Shown: piece by piece, positions 61,621-64,000 of the stretch
How the letters are laid out: every line of letters starts with the position of its first letter
Numbering within the stretch: the stretch's first letter is position 1
NCBI GenBank assembly: GCA_038883855.1
Contig: JAVZLH010000001.1
Span: 64,001-128,000, forward strand
Direction: 5' to 3'
DNA length: 64,000 nucleotides
Source of the DNA: Candidatus Bathyarchaeia archaeon
GTDB taxonomy: Archaea; Thermoproteota; Bathyarchaeia; Bathyarchaeales; Bathycorpusculaceae
Position numbers and translations under genes: made by a program
Notes under the pieces: model-generated
The model's input: only the letters and a program-made list of their open reading frames with translations
Told to the model about the DNA's origin: nothing
The model's database searches: none

Positions 61621-62688
61621 CTAATCTTCGTCAGCCTTAACAATCTTGTATCCGGAAGCCTTACGAAGTCTATTCATAACCGCCAAGCCAAGCCCCTCCA
61701 TGGGTATGCCCTCCGCCACTATAACATCAACATTCTCAGCATCGAATTCTCTGAGAAGCCTAAACAAATTCCTAGCGATAGACGTCGTGTCGCTTCTACT
61801 TCCCAGAGATTTAACAACGCCAACCCCGTAGCCTGCAACAGTTTCATCGGTGGCAAGAACCCCAACCCTTTTGCCTTCTCGCGCGTAGATTTCAGCTAAC
61901 TCCCTCGCTTTGTTAAACACTGCCGGCAGTTTTCCCTCAACAACAACCAAGTCTGCACGTGGAGCATAATGCTTATGTTTTACGCCGGGCGAACGTGCCT
62001 TCTCAACATCTACTTCCCTATCTGCAACAGCGACAAGACTAAGTCTCACATCCTTAATAAACTGCTTTAACACTTCAAATGGAGTTCCTCCAGGACGAAG
62101 AACTTGCGGAGGGCTAGCTGTCAAATCCAGAACGGTTGATTCCACCCCAATGTAAGTGGGTCCAGCATCCAAAACCGCATCTACCTTTCCATCCAGATCC
62201 TCCAAAACGTGCTCTGCCGATGTGGGACTTGGTCTTCCAGCCAAATTTGCACTTGGTCCTATTATTGGGCGTTGGCTTTCCCTTATCAAGGCTAATGCAA
62301 CTTCATGTCTTGGCATCCTAATAGCTATCGTGTCCAAACCAGACACGGTCACGCTGGGAACAATGCTTGAACGTTTAAAAATAAGTGTTAATGGGCCTGG
62401 CCAAAGCTTTTTCATGAGATTTTCAGCTTCGGAGGGGACATTTTCGGCGAGTTTGTAAACTTCTTTTACGTCTGCCACGTGAATTATTGGAGGGTTGTCA
62501 AGGGGACGTTTTTTAGCTTCAAAAGCAGCTAAAACAGCCTTTGGATTTAGTGCATCTGCTCCCAAACCATAAACAGTTTCCGTTGGGAAAGCCACCAAGC
62601 CTCCCTTCTTTATCAAGTCTGCTGCCGTCTGGATTTTTTCTTTCTCCGGTTTTTGAGGGTTAACCTTTAACACTATGGTTTTTTTCAT
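61621..62688 (-). CDS. sua5: Threonylcarbamoyl-AMP synthase Sua5
   Basis: AFPTETVYGLGA, KKRP.DNP, PSAN, SPG.KHKHYAP, AVMNRL.KA. Confidence 0.96.
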   Translation of the reverse strand: MKKTIVLKVNPQKPEKEKIQTAADLIKKGGLVAFPTETVYGLGADALNPKAVLAAFEAKKRPLDNPPIIHVADVKEVYKLAENVPSEAENLMKKLWPGPLTLIFKRSSIVPSVTVSGLDTIAIRMPRHEVALALIRESQRPIIGPSANLAGRPSPTSAEHVLEDLDGKVDAVLDAGPTYIGVESTVLDLTASPPQVLRPGGTPFEVLKQFIKDVRLSLVAVADREVDVEKARSPGVKHKHYAPRADLVVVEGKLPAVFNKARELAEIYAREGKRVGVLATDETVAGYGVGVVKSLGSRSDTTSIARNLFRLLREFDAENVDVIVAEGIPMEGLGLAVMNRLRKASGYKIVKADED

Positions 62689-62816
62689 TGGGTGTCTTGT
62701 CCTTACTGTTTACTTCTAGATAAAACGAATGTGTGAGTTTCTTTATCTTTTTCCTTTCCATGACAACTTGCTGAACTATTATTTTAATAATTGGTCATAT
62801 AACGGGGTAGGTCTTC

Positions 62817-63305
62817 TCAGACAACATAGTAATCTATGACTTTTTTCATGCTTTTTGGCGCAACATGTTTTGCAGCAAGCTGTTTAAGTATTTTTATCAT
62901 TTGAGGCTGGAAACGAGCTATGTCTGTGAGGCTTACCAAACCTACGAGGCGTTTTCCATCTACTACTGGCAGCTTTTTAATTTTCATCTGAAACATTAAC
63001 CGTACGGCTTCCTCTAAATCGGTGCTTGGTTCAACGACGACAAGCGGACTTGACATAACGTCTTTCACCTTCGTTTTATTTGCATCCCTAGCCTCTGCGA
63101 CAACCCTCTTCAAAAGGTCCCTTTCGGTTATTATGCCGATGGCTTTCCCTTTTCTGACGGCGATTAAACATCCTATCTCAAACTTGTTCATGACTTCTGC
63201 TGCCTCTTTAACTGTTAGGTTCTCATCTATTGTTATTACTTCCCTAACCATAACATCCTCAACTTTCAGCGTTAAGCCGCTTTCTTCTTCGTCAGACGAC
63301 AACAA
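62817..63305 (-). CDS. CBS-pair domain protein
   Basis: GIITERDL, KKLPVV..LVGLVS.TDI. Confidence 0.9.
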   Translation of the reverse strand: MLSSDEEESGLTLKVEDVMVREVITIDENLTVKEAAEVMNKFEIGCLIAVRKGKAIGIITERDLLKRVVAEARDANKTKVKDVMSSPLVVVEPSTDLEEAVRLMFQMKIKKLPVVDGKRLVGLVSLTDIARFQPQMIKILKQLAAKHVAPKSMKKVIDYYVV

Positions 63306-63344
63306 ATCACCGTCCTTTATCTCTCTTAAAATCCCATATATAAG

Positions 63345-63998
63345 TTAGTGTGCGGAAAATTTCTTCTTTAAAGCGCTTAAATTGCGGATAACCTCTTTGA
63401 CATGTTCGCTGGCGGGAATTTCGGCGTGTTCAAACTTATCCTTGGGTTTAGTGAACGGTCTGGTGGCGTCTAAGCCAACTTTGGTAGTTAAGCCTGTTTC
63501 TTGGTCTGCTGAAGAGTCTAGGGATGAGCCTCTCGCATTTTCTATTACAATTAGGTCTTCGCTCGCCTGAAAGCGTGTTGCGATAGCCCACTCCACATCG
63601 GAAACGCTAAAAACGTCGATGTCTGAGTCCACGACAACAGCATGTTTTAGGCTGGGATGCGCAGCAAAAGCCGCTAGCAAAGCGTTTTTTCCATCTCCGT
63701 CAAGTTGTTTATCTATTGAGATTATTGCGTGAAGCCATCCGCATCCACCTTCTGAAAGGTTGACAGCATGAACTTTCGGCACAACCTTTGAAACAGAATC
63801 CCAAATCAACACTTCATGAGGCAACCCCATCAAAAGCCTATGCTCTGCTCCAGAAGGCAAAAGCGCCTGATAAACATAGTCTCTGCGATGCATGACGCCG
63901 ACTATTTCCACAACAGGCTGTTTTCGCACAATGTCGTAGGTTCCAGTTACATCCACAAAGGGGCCCTCGTCAACTTCCTTTTTCGCAGATATTTTGCC
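63345..63998 (-). CDS. UbiD-family decarboxylase, C-terminal part (possibly anhydromevalonate-phosphate decarboxylase); truncated by window end
   Basis: [47 protein letters not shown]. Confidence 0.88.
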   Translation of the reverse strand, partial: GKISAKKEVDEGPFVDVTGTYDIVRKQPVVEIVGVMHRRDYVYQALLPSGAEHRLLMGLPHEVLIWDSVSKVVPKVHAVNLSEGGCGWLHAIISIDKQLDGDGKNALLAAFAAHPSLKHAVVVDSDIDVFSVSDVEWAIATRFQASEDLIVIENARGSSLDSSADQETGLTTKVGLDATRPFTKPKDKFEHAEIPASEHVKEVIRNLSALKKKFSAH

Positions 63999-64000
63999 CT

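Overview
Gene-dense archaeal chromosomal segment, most likely class Bathyarchaeia (TACK). This is inferred from the combination of arcadin-1, ribosomal eL38, archaeal SAM synthetase, FEN1/aEF-1beta/CDC48, CofE/FrhB-like F420 genes and a complete cooC-cooC-cdhABCDE Wood-Ljungdahl ACDS operon. About 70 CDS, mostly housekeeping, and one tRNA-Ala(UGC) are supported. No CRISPR array, integrase or transposase was seen. Main discovery: the protein-L-isoaspartate methyltransferase gene (pcm, 21309-22017) is interrupted inside its conserved TISAPHMV motif by a 31-nt insert. The insert folds into a bulge-helix-bulge (CGCC/GGCG 4-bp helix, 3-nt bulges ACA and ATA). Cutting after the second nucleotide of each bulge, as the archaeal tRNA splicing endonuclease does, restores the frame exactly (...GCG CCA CAC ATG GTT... 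= A-P-H-M-V). It is therefore a candidate tRNA-type mRNA intron in a protein-coding gene other than cbf5. Other items: a membrane pyrophosphatase with both ion-gate charges neutralised, an unannotated CdrS-like RHH gene, a structured intergenic region between cofE and a deoxyhypusine-synthase gene, a split MetE with a divergent HTH regulator, and five -1 frameshifts confined to accessory membrane genes (possibly assembly errors).
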